The notes beneath the pieces were generated by a model. The model made no database searches, was not told the origin of the DNA, and worked only from the letters and a program-made list of their open reading frames with translations. 64,000 nucleotides of DNA. Source: Candidatus Saccharimonadia bacterium (GTDB taxonomy: Bacteria; Patescibacteriota; Saccharimonadia; UBA4664). Shown here one piece after another: positions 56,113-64,000 of the stretch (its first letter is position 1; each line of letters opens with the position of its first letter). The position numbers and the translations under genes were made by a program. The stretch is from the NCBI GenBank assembly GCA_035544015.1, contig DATKIP010000076.1, forward strand, positions 256,299-320,298, written 5' to 3'.

Positions 56113-57663
56113 CTAGGAATCTTGGCCGCCCTTCTCGGCCACCACGCGCAAAATTCCCGCCCCGTACGTCTCCACCTTCTTCGCGCCAAATCCCGGCACT
56201 CGCAGCAGCTCCTGCTCGCTGGCCGGCTTGCGTGCCGCCAGCTCCGCCAACGTCTTGTCGTGCGCGATGATGTACGCCGGCATGCCCAGCTCCCGTGCCT
56301 GCTCAGCCCGCCACGCCCGCAGCGCCTCAAACAGCCCCGGGTCGGCCGCCGTCGCCATCACATCTTTCACCTCGTCGGGCTTCCAGGCCGCAATCTGAGT
56401 CGCAAACTCGGTCCGCGCCCGCTCGCTGGCGGTCCGCAAATCCGCGTCGATCTGCTTCGCCAGCGGGCTCACCCGCAGCGCCATGCCGTTGAGGCCGTCG
56501 AGCCGCAAATGCTCCAGGCTGCGTACCCGCGACAGCGCCACGTACCCCATGCCCTCAACAAACGCCCGACTCAAATCAATCCGCGCCGCATCCAGCGTCA
56601 TGCCCTGGCTTTTGTGCACCGTAATCGCCCACGCCAGCCGCAGCGGCAGCTGCTCCAGGCTGGCCCGCCGTTTGTCGCCGTCCATGAGCTCCCAGGTTTC
56701 CGGTCGCACCGTCAGTGTCCGCCCCGACACGAGCTCCACCACCGGATAATCCATGCGCTCTTCAAAACCCACCACCGTGCCCAGCGACCCATTCGCAAAC
56801 GACCGGTCCTGCGCATTCTTAATGAACATCACCCGCGCCGCCAATTTGAGCTCCAGTATCGCCGGCGCCAGGCACGACCGTTGCAGCTGCTCCACGTAAT
56901 TTTTGCCCCCGTGCGTCCCCATGTCGTAGCGGTGCACCTCGCCCGCCAGGCCGCGCAGCTCGGCCGCGTTCACGCTGTCCACATCCACATTCACCGTCAG
57001 TAGCCGTGTCTGCTCGGCGGCCGCGTCGTGGCTGCCGTCGCGCGCCCGCAACGTATCGAGCTGTCCGCGTGTGAGCACGCCGGCCCGGATCCCGTTCAAA
57101 ATGGCCGTGTACGCCTCGTCTTCAGTTTGCCGATATTGTTTTTCCAGATAGCACACCGCAAACCCGGCCCGCTGCCACGCCTCCGACAAAATCACAAATC
57201 CGCCCTCCCGACCATCGCGCCGATTCACCGGCGGCAACTGGAAAAAGTCCCCACACAAAATCACCTGCAACCCCCCGAACGGCGCCTCGCTTTCGCGCAC
57301 CGTCCGCAGCGCCTCATCCACCATATCCAGCCGAAAATCGTGCAGCATACTAATCTCGTCGATCACAAGCACGTCCGCCCGCCGCATCAAATCCTGCCGC
57401 GACTGCGCCAATTTGCCCGCCATGTGCCGGTCAAAATAATCATGCACCCCAATGCCCGACCACGCGTGAATCGTGGTGCCGTGCAAATGCGTCGCCGCCA
57501 GCCCCGTGGTCGCCGTCACCGCCACGCTCAATCCTCGCCGCTTGGCGCGCCGAATAAACTCGTTGAGCACATACGTCTTGCCCGTACCCGCCGCGCCCGT
57601 CAGCAGCGCCGATTGCCCAGACTCCAAAATCGCCAACGCCTCACTCTGTGTCATGAGCACCAT
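56113..57663 (-). CDS. PIF1/RecD-like ATP-dependent DNA helicase (AAA_30 + UvrD_C_2) with a C-terminal helix-hairpin-helix-like tail
   Basis: 516 aa. Walker A LTGAAGTGKT, Walker B VLVIDEISM, helicase motifs through ITVHKSQGMT. C-terminal ~70 aa with PGFGAKK. Confidence 0.75.
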   Translation of the reverse strand: MVLMTQSEALAILESGQSALLTGAAGTGKTYVLNEFIRRAKRRGLSVAVTATTGLAATHLHGTTIHAWSGIGVHDYFDRHMAGKLAQSRQDLMRRADVLVIDEISMLHDFRLDMVDEALRTVRESEAPFGGLQVILCGDFFQLPPVNRRDGREGGFVILSEAWQRAGFAVCYLEKQYRQTEDEAYTAILNGIRAGVLTRGQLDTLRARDGSHDAAAEQTRLLTVNVDVDSVNAAELRGLAGEVHRYDMGTHGGKNYVEQLQRSCLAPAILELKLAARVMFIKNAQDRSFANGSLGTVVGFEERMDYPVVELVSGRTLTVRPETWELMDGDKRRASLEQLPLRLAWAITVHKSQGMTLDAARIDLSRAFVEGMGYVALSRVRSLEHLRLDGLNGMALRVSPLAKQIDADLRTASERARTEFATQIAAWKPDEVKDVMATAADPGLFEALRAWRAEQARELGMPAYIIAHDKTLAELAARKPASEQELLRVPGFGAKKVETYGAGILRVVAEKGGQDS

Positions 57664-57716
57664 TGTAGCACGCTAGTTCGGCTTTTGTTCACATACAATG
57701 CGAGTATAATACCCTC

Positions 57717-58187
57717 ATGAACATCATCGCTCTCGTCATCGATTTCTCGCGAGTCCTCATTTTCACCAAAACCGCCGACGTGGCGAGCCTCAACCGCCAC
57801 CACGCCGAGCTCGAAGCGACGCCCGGCTACCGGGTAGGGGAGCATTTTTACCTCAACATCGAGCTGCTCGAGTACCTTCGTGGGCTGTCAGCCTACGTGC
57901 CGACCTACCTCTTCACGAGCGGCGGCCTTCACGCCCTGCCCGAGTTTGCGCCGGCACTCGAAGGCATTTTTCGCGACATCATCACCACCGACGAAATCGG
58001 CTACGGCAAAACCAAACCCGAAGCCTACCTCGCCCTAGCTTACCGTCTGAGCTACACGCCGAGTCAGATTCTCTTCATCGACGACAGCCCGGCCAACATC
58101 CAAGCTGCCAAAACCGCCGGCTTCGTCGCCGTCCAATACCAGTCAAACGCGGCCACCATCAAATTGCTCGACAGCGCCCGACGCTGA
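57717..58187 (+). CDS. HAD-like hydrolase (short, subfamily IA-like)
   Basis: 156 aa. C-terminal motif FIDDSPANIQAAKTAGF. N-terminal DxD motif not clearly present, so function uncertain. Confidence 0.45.
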   Translation: MNIIALVIDFSRVLIFTKTADVASLNRHHAELEATPGYRVGEHFYLNIELLEYLRGLSAYVPTYLFTSGGLHALPEFAPALEGIFRDIITTDEIGYGKTKPEAYLALAYRLSYTPSQILFIDDSPANIQAAKTAGFVAVQYQSNAATIKLLDSARR

Positions 58188-58284
58188 AATTGACAGAATG
58201 AGGTCAAAAAGTTATAATATGCCTCGGTTCAACCCCGAACATTGAGTACTCACATACCTATCCGTTCTAGCGAAAGGTCATGCC

Positions 58285-59073
58285 ATGATCGACGCTCGTC
58301 GTACCACCCCACCCGTCCCCGCCGCCATGATGCGGCACCTCGTGCTCACCCCCGACCAGATGCAGTGGGAATTCCCCTGCAGCATCATCCTGGTTGTTGC
58401 CAGCGGTGGCGCCCACGAGGTTCGTTTGAGCCTCTACGCCCCCGGGCTCAAGCACGAGGCCAGTCTGCGCCAGACGGTCGCCGACAAGCTCGGCAACCTC
58501 ATCCTGGGCCTCAACCCGGAGTGGGTCTACGAGGTGAAGCTGGAAGGCGTCGAGGTCGTCGTCGCGATCGACAACCCCGCCTTCCTCGGGGACGAGACCA
58601 TCGACCTCATCCTGGGCCCGGTAGTCCTCATCCTCCGGGCCCTCGCCATCTGCGAGGGCCGGCCGCTGTTCACGGTCCGCAACCACCAGCGGCTCGTGCC
58701 GGTGGACTGCGGTGTCGGCAACGACTACAAGGTCCCCACCTTCGAGCTCAAGCTCCCGCTGGAGATCGAGCTCGCCGGCGCCCAGGACGACCTCACCAAG
58801 GTCGCTAAGCGGTGCCCGGGCGCCGTGGCCCTCGACACCCTGGTCCTGGGCGGGGCCCGCAAGCTCGTGGTCACGTTCGACGCCATGAAGCCTCGCCCGT
58901 CCGAGCAGGACCTGCGGCGCCTGGTCGTGAGCTTGCTCGCCAGCATCGCCGAGAAGGCCAGCACGCAACACCCCAACCTGGTGCTCCAGCCGGCCCGCCC
59001 CTACACCGTCGAGATCGACGACGGCGGCCCCAGCCGTTTCGACGAGCGCCAGATGTTCGGCCAGGAGTTCTGA
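58285..59073 (+). CDS. Hypothetical protein (possibly tandem YbjN-like domains)
   Basis: 262 aa, very high GC, GAAAGG SD. Followed by a strong intrinsic terminator. Domain assignment is weak. Confidence 0.45.
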   Translation: MIDARRTTPPVPAAMMRHLVLTPDQMQWEFPCSIILVVASGGAHEVRLSLYAPGLKHEASLRQTVADKLGNLILGLNPEWVYEVKLEGVEVVVAIDNPAFLGDETIDLILGPVVLILRALAICEGRPLFTVRNHQRLVPVDCGVGNDYKVPTFELKLPLEIELAGAQDDLTKVAKRCPGAVALDTLVLGGARKLVVTFDAMKPRPSEQDLRRLVVSLLASIAEKASTQHPNLVLQPARPYTVEIDDGGPSRFDERQMFGQEF

Positions 59074-59079
59074 ACCACC

Positions 59080-59127
59080 CCGTCCCGGCGCCGCGACCCT
59101 TCGCGGCGCCGGGACGGTTTTGCGTTT
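59080..59127 (+). terminator. Rho-independent terminator (16-bp GC stem CCGTCCCGGCGCCGCG/CGCGGCGCCGGGACGG + TTTTGCGTTT)
   Basis: Perfect GC-rich hairpin followed by a T-tract, immediately after the stop at 59073. Approximate coordinates. Confidence 0.7.
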
Positions 59128-59153
59128 AGAGCAATTAAGTATATATTCCTAAG

Positions 59154-59777
59154 ATGAAAGCCATCATCTTTGATTTTGACGGAACGATTGCCGATAGCTT
59201 CGATATGTTTATAGAAGTGATGATGGTGCTGTTACGGCGCACACAACCACTAACGGCAGCCCAAATCGAAGACCTGCGCCAATCCTCCACCCGAGAGGTT
59301 ATTAAAAAGCTCGGCATCAAACCCTGGCAGATACCACGACTCATGCTGAAGGGACGACGTGAAATGAGCGCCAGAATGGAGCGGGTGCAGGCCTTCGATG
59401 GCCTCCCGGAGGCTCTTCGGGAGCTATCGTCGCAATACTCCCTGTATATTCTCAGTACCAATAGTGAAGAAAACATTGCTACCTTCCTGAAGAAATATCA
59501 GCTAGGTAATAATATCGACCGGATTTATGGCAATATCGGCTTAATGGGTAAGGCCAAGGGTCTGAAAAAATTACCCCAACAAGCGTCGCTCGATAGAGCC
59601 GACTGTGTCTACGTAGGGGACGAAACTCGCGACATCGAAGCCGCGCGCCAGGCCGGCATGAGCTGCATTGCCGTTGGGTGGGGCTATAACGGCGCAGAGG
59701 CGTTGCGGTCTTTTGCGCCGGACGCCCTGGCCGAAACACCTGGAGCGCTGCTCGAAATTATTCGGGGATTGAAATGA
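59154..59777 (+). CDS. HAD-superfamily phosphatase (phosphoglycolate-phosphatase-like, subfamily IA)
   Basis: 207 aa. Motif I IIFDFDGTIADS, motif II STNS, motif III K, motif IV YVGDETRDIEAARQAG. Confidence 0.7.
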   Translation: MKAIIFDFDGTIADSFDMFIEVMMVLLRRTQPLTAAQIEDLRQSSTREVIKKLGIKPWQIPRLMLKGRREMSARMERVQAFDGLPEALRELSSQYSLYILSTNSEENIATFLKKYQLGNNIDRIYGNIGLMGKAKGLKKLPQQASLDRADCVYVGDETRDIEAARQAGMSCIAVGWGYNGAEALRSFAPDALAETPGALLEIIRGLK

Positions 59778-60385
59778 CCACACCCGCCCAAATCGCCGCC
59801 GCCGAGGCCGAGCTCCAGCGGCTCGATCCAGTGCTCGGCGCCGTCATCGCCACGCAGGCCCCGCTCAACCGCCTCCGCGCAGGCGCCTATTTCGGCAACC
59901 TCGTTCGCTCCATTGTGAGCCAGCAAATCTCCGTGGCCGCCTCCGCCTCCATCCTCGCCCGCATCCAAGCCGCCACCGACCTCGACCCCGCCCGAGTCAT
60001 CGCGATGAGTCCCGACGACCTCCGCGCGCTCGGCCTCTCGCGCTCCAAAGCCGGCTACATCCACGACCTCGCCGAGCACTTTGTGCGCGACGCCGCCGTC
60101 TTCGACCACCTTGACCAGCTGCCCGACGAAGCCGTAATAGACGAACTCGTGGGCGTCAAAGGCATCGGCGTCTGGACCGCCCAAATGTTCCTCATGTTCA
60201 CCCTCGGCCGTCTCGACGTCTTCGCCCCCGACGACGTCGGCCTCCAGCGCGCCATCGTCCGCCTCTACGGCCTCGCCGCCGTCCCACCCCGCGCCGAGCT
60301 CGACCGCCTCGCCGACGCCTGGCGGCCGTATCGCACGGTGGCGTCTTGGCATTTGTGGGAGTCGCTGCGCAATACGCCGGCGTGA
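59774..60385 (+). CDS. DNA-3-methyladenine glycosylase II-like HhH-GPD base-excision repair protein
   Basis: 203 aa. HhH motif LVGVKGIGVWTAQMFLMF followed by the catalytic Asp region (PDDVGLQRAI). 4-nt overlap with the upstream HAD gene. Confidence 0.75.
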   Translation: MTTPAQIAAAEAELQRLDPVLGAVIATQAPLNRLRAGAYFGNLVRSIVSQQISVAASASILARIQAATDLDPARVIAMSPDDLRALGLSRSKAGYIHDLAEHFVRDAAVFDHLDQLPDEAVIDELVGVKGIGVWTAQMFLMFTLGRLDVFAPDDVGLQRAIVRLYGLAAVPPRAELDRLADAWRPYRTVASWHLWESLRNTPA

Positions 60386-60454
60386 CCCCCAAACCTGAGT
60401 TTCAAAACTTCCGGAATTTTCCTCGCCCCGACGAGCCCATTCGCATGCATAGGG

Positions 60455-60484
60455 AAAAAATGACAAAAAATGTCAAAAATCACC
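60455..60484. repeat. Copy 3 of the conserved AT-rich palindromic element (AAAAAATGACAAAAAATGTCAAAAAT)
   Basis: About 70 nt downstream of the AlkA-like gene and about 130 nt upstream of the gene starting at 60615. Followed by an AT-rich promoter-like stretch. Approximate coordinates. Confidence 0.6.
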
Positions 60485-60614
60485 GAGCCATCCGAAGTGA
60501 GGCTGGGGTTTTGAGACTCAGGGTCCCCAAAACTTGCTTTATTTCATAGTATATTATATACTATGTATTAGTAATTTGCCCTACGAATTACCACCACCCC
60601 GATCAAGGAGTGTC

Positions 60615-61007
60615 ATGAGTACCGTTAGCGACAGCATTGCGGCAGCGAACGCGGCCCAGGAGGTTAGCTCCCAAGAGGCCCTCCTCGCCGACGCCCGCCA
60701 AACGGCCGAGCATCTCAAGAAGGTGCAGAACGAGGTCGCGCGCGCCGGAAGGCCTTGCCAGGTCGACGGCATCCCCGGCGAGCCCGTGGTGGTCTGGAGT
60801 CTCCTCGACTCCGACCTCATGGCTCACGCCACCGGTCTCACGGAAGATGGCATACTGGTCCGGTCGTATCTGAGGTCGACCATCGCAGGTTGGCTCACCG
60901 GCCGCGACACCTGGTCACCCTACCGCGTCCTCGACGTGACAACCCTGCCCTCCGAGGAGCGCATCGCGCTCCATACCCAACTCCAGCGGATCCGCGACCA
61001 CCACTAA
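60615..61007 (+). CDS. Hypothetical protein
   Basis: ORF 60534..61007 trimmed to MSTVSD, preceded by an AAGGAG SD. 131 aa, no recognised domain. Confidence 0.45.
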   Translation: MSTVSDSIAAANAAQEVSSQEALLADARQTAEHLKKVQNEVARAGRPCQVDGIPGEPVVVWSLLDSDLMAHATGLTEDGILVRSYLRSTIAGWLTGRDTWSPYRVLDVTTLPSEERIALHTQLQRIRDHH

Positions 61008-61039
61008 CTACCCGCCCACCGATCGCGCCCTTCCTTTTT

Positions 61040-61089
61040 CAGCCACAAAAGGATAGGCCCCCGACCGCAGCGGCCGGCGGGGGCCTATC
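61040..61089. terminator. Hairpin GATAGGCCCCCG-N14-CGGGGGCCTATC with a flanking T-tract on the minus-strand side
   Basis: Perfect 12-bp stem between convergent genes. CCTTTTG follows the stem on the minus strand, serving the 61134..61421 gene. Approximate coordinates. Confidence 0.5.
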
Positions 61090-61133
61090 TGTCAGTCGAG
61101 GGCATGAATGGGCCGTTGAACTTCGCCGATCGG

Positions 61134-61421
61134 CTACTCCACTAGAGTACCCAGCCAGGCACAAAAGTTCAAAAACCACAGCTTGGGTCGGGCCCAGATG
61201 GGCACCATCAGGTTCATGATGGTCAAGGCGCCGGGCGTTTCGGGGTTGGCTTCAACGAATGTTGTTGCCGCCTGCCTCAGGCGAGAGTAGCTCAGGCGCC
61301 GGCCGGCGGTGGCGTCCAGCAGCGGCGCTAAATCAGCATCGGGGCCGACCACCAGGCCGACGCAACGGCGCATCCATCGTGCGCTCAGCGTCTTCACCGT
61401 TGCGGGCCTCGCCATGATCAT
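61134..61421 (-). CDS. Hypothetical protein
   Basis: 95 aa ORF ending at a hairpin terminator. No domain recognised. Confidence 0.3.
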   Translation of the reverse strand: MIMARPATVKTLSARWMRRCVGLVVGPDADLAPLLDATAGRRLSYSRLRQAATTFVEANPETPGALTIMNLMVPIWARPKLWFLNFCAWLGTLVE

Positions 61422-61451
61422 TACCTCACGTCCTCTCGGGGTGCGATCGTG

Positions 61452-61745
61452 TCAGTCTGAGTGCGGCAATCCCAATTTGTCACGGAGCTCCCAGGATGGG
61501 AGTGCGTGGTCGATCCGGACTCCGGTCGCGTCGGGATTGACCGCCACGCCATAAGACTCGCGGTCCGACGGCCAGTCACGGTGTCGCACGAGCCAGTGGG
61601 TCGGGCAGGGCTCAGAGCCGGATCGGTAGCCCGGCGGGTAGTCGCGAGTGACCTCCACCACGTTCATGCCCGCAGGGGGCGTGGACATGTGGTTGGCAAG
61701 CAGAACCTTGACGTCTTCTGCCTTGACGCCTTCTGCGCCGATCAT
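61452..61745 (-). CDS. Hypothetical protein
   Basis: 97 aa ORF 30 nt upstream of the previous one. Divergent from the ECF sigma gene. Confidence 0.3.
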   Translation of the reverse strand: MIGAEGVKAEDVKVLLANHMSTPPAGMNVVEVTRDYPPGYRSGSEPCPTHWLVRHRDWPSDRESYGVAVNPDATGVRIDHALPSWELRDKLGLPHSD

Positions 61746-61773
61746 AGCTGCCTCCAGAGGCGTAGCTGGACGT

Positions 61774-61815
61774 GAACCGCGCTACGATACCATCGTTTAC
61801 ATAGAATGTAAATCT
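61774..61815 (+). promoter_or_regulatory. ECF-sigma-type promoter (GAACC-N15-CGTT) overlapped by the palindrome TTTACAT-aga-ATGTAAA
   Basis: -35 GAACC and -10 CGTT with 15-nt spacing about 65 nt upstream of the ECF sigma gene. Probably autoregulatory. The inverted repeat overlaps and follows the -10. Approximate coordinates. Confidence 0.5.
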
Positions 61816-61864
61816 CACGATCCGCCAGCATTATATGATAAACCCGTAACCTTTCGCCACCCCC

Positions 61865-62398
61865 ATGCATATACCAAGTATGAAACAGAACGAACCAGAG
61901 CTCATCGCTCACATATTGGACGGCGACGAAGAGGCCTACGGGGCGCTCATCGACCGTTACAAAGAAGGATTGTACCGTCACTGTTTCCGACTCATGCGCG
62001 ACGAGGATGAAGCCGAAGATGTCGCTCACGAAGCGTTCATCGAAGCCTTTGTCCATCTCGACCGCTACGACTCTCGGTTCCGCTTCAGCACCTGGCTCTA
62101 CAAAATCGCCACCAACCTGGCCCTCATGCGCCTGCGCAAGCGCCGCGATGTCCGCCTGGACGACGACGAGCTCGAGCGAGTAGTGAGCGATCTCCCCGGC
62201 GCCGAAGACCTGGCCTTCTACCAGCAACTCCACGACGCCGTCGGCGCTCTGCCTCTGCAATACCGCACCGTGGTCTCCATGCACTACTGGCAGGGCAAAA
62301 CCTACCGCGAGATCGCTCTCCATATGGGCACCTCGGTCGGCTCAGTGAAGGGCTGGATGAGCCGCGCCAAAAAACAACTAAAGGAGGTGCTCTCATGA
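61865..62398 (+). CDS. RNA polymerase sigma factor, ECF (sigma-70 regions 2 and 4)
   Basis: 177 aa. Region 2 (YRHCFRLMRDEDEAEDVAHEAFIEAF...FSTWLYKIATN) and region 4 (YREIALHMGTSVGSVKGWMSRAKKQL). Confidence 0.85.
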   Translation: MHIPSMKQNEPELIAHILDGDEEAYGALIDRYKEGLYRHCFRLMRDEDEAEDVAHEAFIEAFVHLDRYDSRFRFSTWLYKIATNLALMRLRKRRDVRLDDDELERVVSDLPGAEDLAFYQQLHDAVGALPLQYRTVVSMHYWQGKTYREIALHMGTSVGSVKGWMSRAKKQLKEVLS

Positions 62399-63237
62399 GC
62401 CATCACAACACCCGCACGGCGCCGCTCTCGGAGCCCCGCCGCCCCCTCCGCGCCGACTTTACCGCCCGCATCGTGCGCCACGCCATTACCGCCAAGCGGC
62501 GGGCCGTCTCCAAGCAACAACTCCTAACCTTCTTAAAGGAACCCCTCTCCATGAAATCCGTAACATTCCTCCGCACCGCCCCAGGCGCCGTGCTAGCCTT
62601 GGCCATCATCGCCACCGGCACCACCGGAGCCTACGCGCTGAATAACTGGTTTAACGGCGATGTTACCGTTAAGCAAACCGCCTCGGTTTTCTCGGTCGAT
62701 CTCTCGCAATGCAAGGGCAGCCTGCCTCCAGGCGTCGACAGTCCCGACCGCAGCCACGTGCAGTTTAAGATCTTGGACGACCCGCACATTTCCGCAGACC
62801 AGCTCCAGCATCAACTGCTGGCCGAGTGCGAGTACGACGCCGTGGTGGATTTCTACCGCCAAAACCATGCTACCGCAGCTGCCGATACGCACATCGGCAC
62901 CATCAAGTCGATCGACGGAAGCACGGTCACGTTCGACTACCCCTGGGGCGGTCAGCTAAACCAAAAATCCCTCGCTCTCACCGCCGGCACCACCTTCTAC
63001 CGCCAGGGTAACGCCGTGTCCGCCCAAGACCTACATGCCGGCGATCATGTCGTCTTCGTCACTGCCAGCCCCGGCTACGTCCAAGAGGGGACCGACCCCC
63101 TGGCCGGTGCGAGCGAGGTCATGAGCGTCTTCAAAACTCAGTCCGACCCCGCCGACGCTCCCGATTCCACCAAAAAAGGCTTCTACGACGACAACCACAT
63201 CATGCCGCTGGACCTGTACAACCAGATCCACAAATAG
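62395..63237 (+). CDS. Putative anti-sigma factor (single-pass membrane protein with an extracytoplasmic domain)
   Basis: ATGA overlap with the sigma gene. N-terminal cytoplasmic segment, one TM (AVLALAIIATGTTGAYAL), about 200 aa outside the membrane. Confidence 0.5.
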   Translation: MSHHNTRTAPLSEPRRPLRADFTARIVRHAITAKRRAVSKQQLLTFLKEPLSMKSVTFLRTAPGAVLALAIIATGTTGAYALNNWFNGDVTVKQTASVFSVDLSQCKGSLPPGVDSPDRSHVQFKILDDPHISADQLQHQLLAECEYDAVVDFYRQNHATAAADTHIGTIKSIDGSTVTFDYPWGGQLNQKSLALTAGTTFYRQGNAVSAQDLHAGDHVVFVTASPGYVQEGTDPLAGASEVMSVFKTQSDPADAPDSTKKGFYDDNHIMPLDLYNQIHK

Positions 63238-63359
63238 CCAGTTCCCTGCTACCCAAAAAAACAGAAAGCCCCATCCGGGAGACTCTCCGCCGCGCGAGCG
63301 CAGACTTCGAGTTCCCGGATGGGGGCACCTCCTTGTCGAAGGGATGAGGGGACGTTCAC

Positions 63360-63908
63360 TTACACGAAACGGCTGAGGACGCCGCTAGCCCCCAGAAGCA
63401 ACACCAGGGCGACGCCGCAAGCGAGCGCTCGGGCTCGACTCATGACCGAGGGGTCCTGCCAGGCGTCAGGGTCCCTCGGCCTCATGATTCGCCAAGCGGC
63501 GATGATGACAAGTGCCGCGAGGACGGGCCGTACTACTATGGTGGGAAGGTGGGCATGTGCCGCCACCGTGCCGAAACCGTAGACGGCGGCGACGCAAACG
63601 GCCGCAGCCATGAGCGCACCGTCGCGCTCATTCAAGCCATCGCAGACGGCCGTTAGCGCCCTGTCGCCGTCCGACCGCCCGAACGGGATGAGGTTGAAGG
63701 CACCTACCGCCAGGTTCATCCCGGCAAAGAGCTTGCCGTTGGCATCGCCCGCATGGCCGGCCTGCCACGCCAATCCGCCTATCGCGAGCCCGAAGCTCGT
63801 GAGCGAACCCGAGAAAAACAGCACAAACTGCTCCCAGTCGGACCGGTACTCAATCCGTTCCGGGTCGAGAGGCACGGTAACAGCCCCAAAGCCGGCGAAA
63901 TAGATCAC
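63360..63908 (-). CDS. Peptidase M50 (site-2 protease) family membrane protein; annotated start probably too short
   Basis: Conserved LDG-type motif FNLIPFGRSDGDRAL. In-frame codons upstream of the GTG at 63908 encode AIAHELAHWLAYRWIG (HExxH), but an in-frame TGA lies 8 codons further upstream with no canonical start between them. Confidence 0.55.
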   Translation of the reverse strand: MIYFAGFGAVTVPLDPERIEYRSDWEQFVLFFSGSLTSFGLAIGGLAWQAGHAGDANGKLFAGMNLAVGAFNLIPFGRSDGDRALTAVCDGLNERDGALMAAAVCVAAVYGFGTVAAHAHLPTIVVRPVLAALVIIAAWRIMRPRDPDAWQDPSVMSRARALACGVALVLLLGASGVLSRFV

Positions 63909-64000
63909 CGCCCGGGAGCCGATCCAGCGGTAGGCCAGCCAATGAGCCAGCTCATGAGCTATAGCCCTCTCAAAACAAAACCGTCATAAACCATATTTAA

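Noticed and set aside
56113-59073. Helicase + HAD + unknown-protein trio as a possible defence system
   Set aside because: The helicase is a standard PIF1/RecD-type enzyme with an HhH tail. Neighbouring genes are divergent, show no nuclease/methylase/ATPase partner architecture, and are separately terminated.
1-64000. CRISPR arrays, tRNA/rRNA genes, transposases, integrases, phage structural genes
   Set aside because: No direct-repeat/spacer periodicity, no tRNA-like cloverleaf candidates, no IS-type inverted terminal repeats and no recombinase-like ORFs were seen. The tailspike-like genes have no accompanying phage tail, capsid or terminase genes.

Overview
This 64 kb window is high-GC (about 60-65%), densely coded bacterial chromosomal DNA. 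Genes often overlap by 4 nt and many use GTG/TTG starts. No rRNA, tRNA, CRISPR array or transposase was recognised.

Main blocks:
- 1..15852: a long minus-strand operon for cell-surface glycan synthesis. It encodes four tandem paralogous right-handed beta-helix (pectate-lyase-fold, tailspike-like) proteins, a Wzx-type flippase, a large polytopic membrane protein, several glycosyltransferases (one split GT4, one GT2-GT4 fusion), and a divergent secreted GH5-like hydrolase.
- 15902..24586: housekeeping and stress genes. These include an ornithine cyclodeaminase-family enzyme, a VOC-fold protein, an orphan OmpR-type response regulator, a truncated haemoglobin, an FMN reductase, 6-phosphogluconate dehydrogenase and an RRM RNA-binding protein.
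- 24843..28060: an extracytoplasmic flavinylation plus copper cluster (FMN-binding domain protein, ApbE flavin transferase, HAD hydrolase, two secreted proteins with a mature N-terminal His, one of them YcnI-like).
- 31026..36054: glucose-6-phosphate isomerase, a GNAT acetyltransferase and a secreted S8 subtilase.
- 36359..53097: purine de novo synthesis (purL, purN-purM-purB, purE-purC-purH, purA). Between purB and purE sits a roughly 2 kb low-GC island. It carries a small-alarmone (p)ppGpp-hydrolase-like HD protein and an alpha/beta-hydrolase ORF that is separated from a Gpt-like PRTase domain by a single in-frame TAG.
- 54370..63908: an FAD-linked oxidase, a PIF1/RecD-like helicase, HAD phosphatases, an AlkA-like glycosylase, an ECF sigma/anti-sigma pair with a recognisable ECF-type promoter, and an M50 protease gene at the window edge.

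Other notable signals are a 30-nt AT-rich palindromic element present in three copies, several GC-rich hairpin terminators, two unusually long extended hairpins, and apparently leaderless promoters. Coordinates derived by codon arithmetic from the ORF track are exact. Coordinates of motifs and hairpins were counted by eye and may be off by 1-2 nt.
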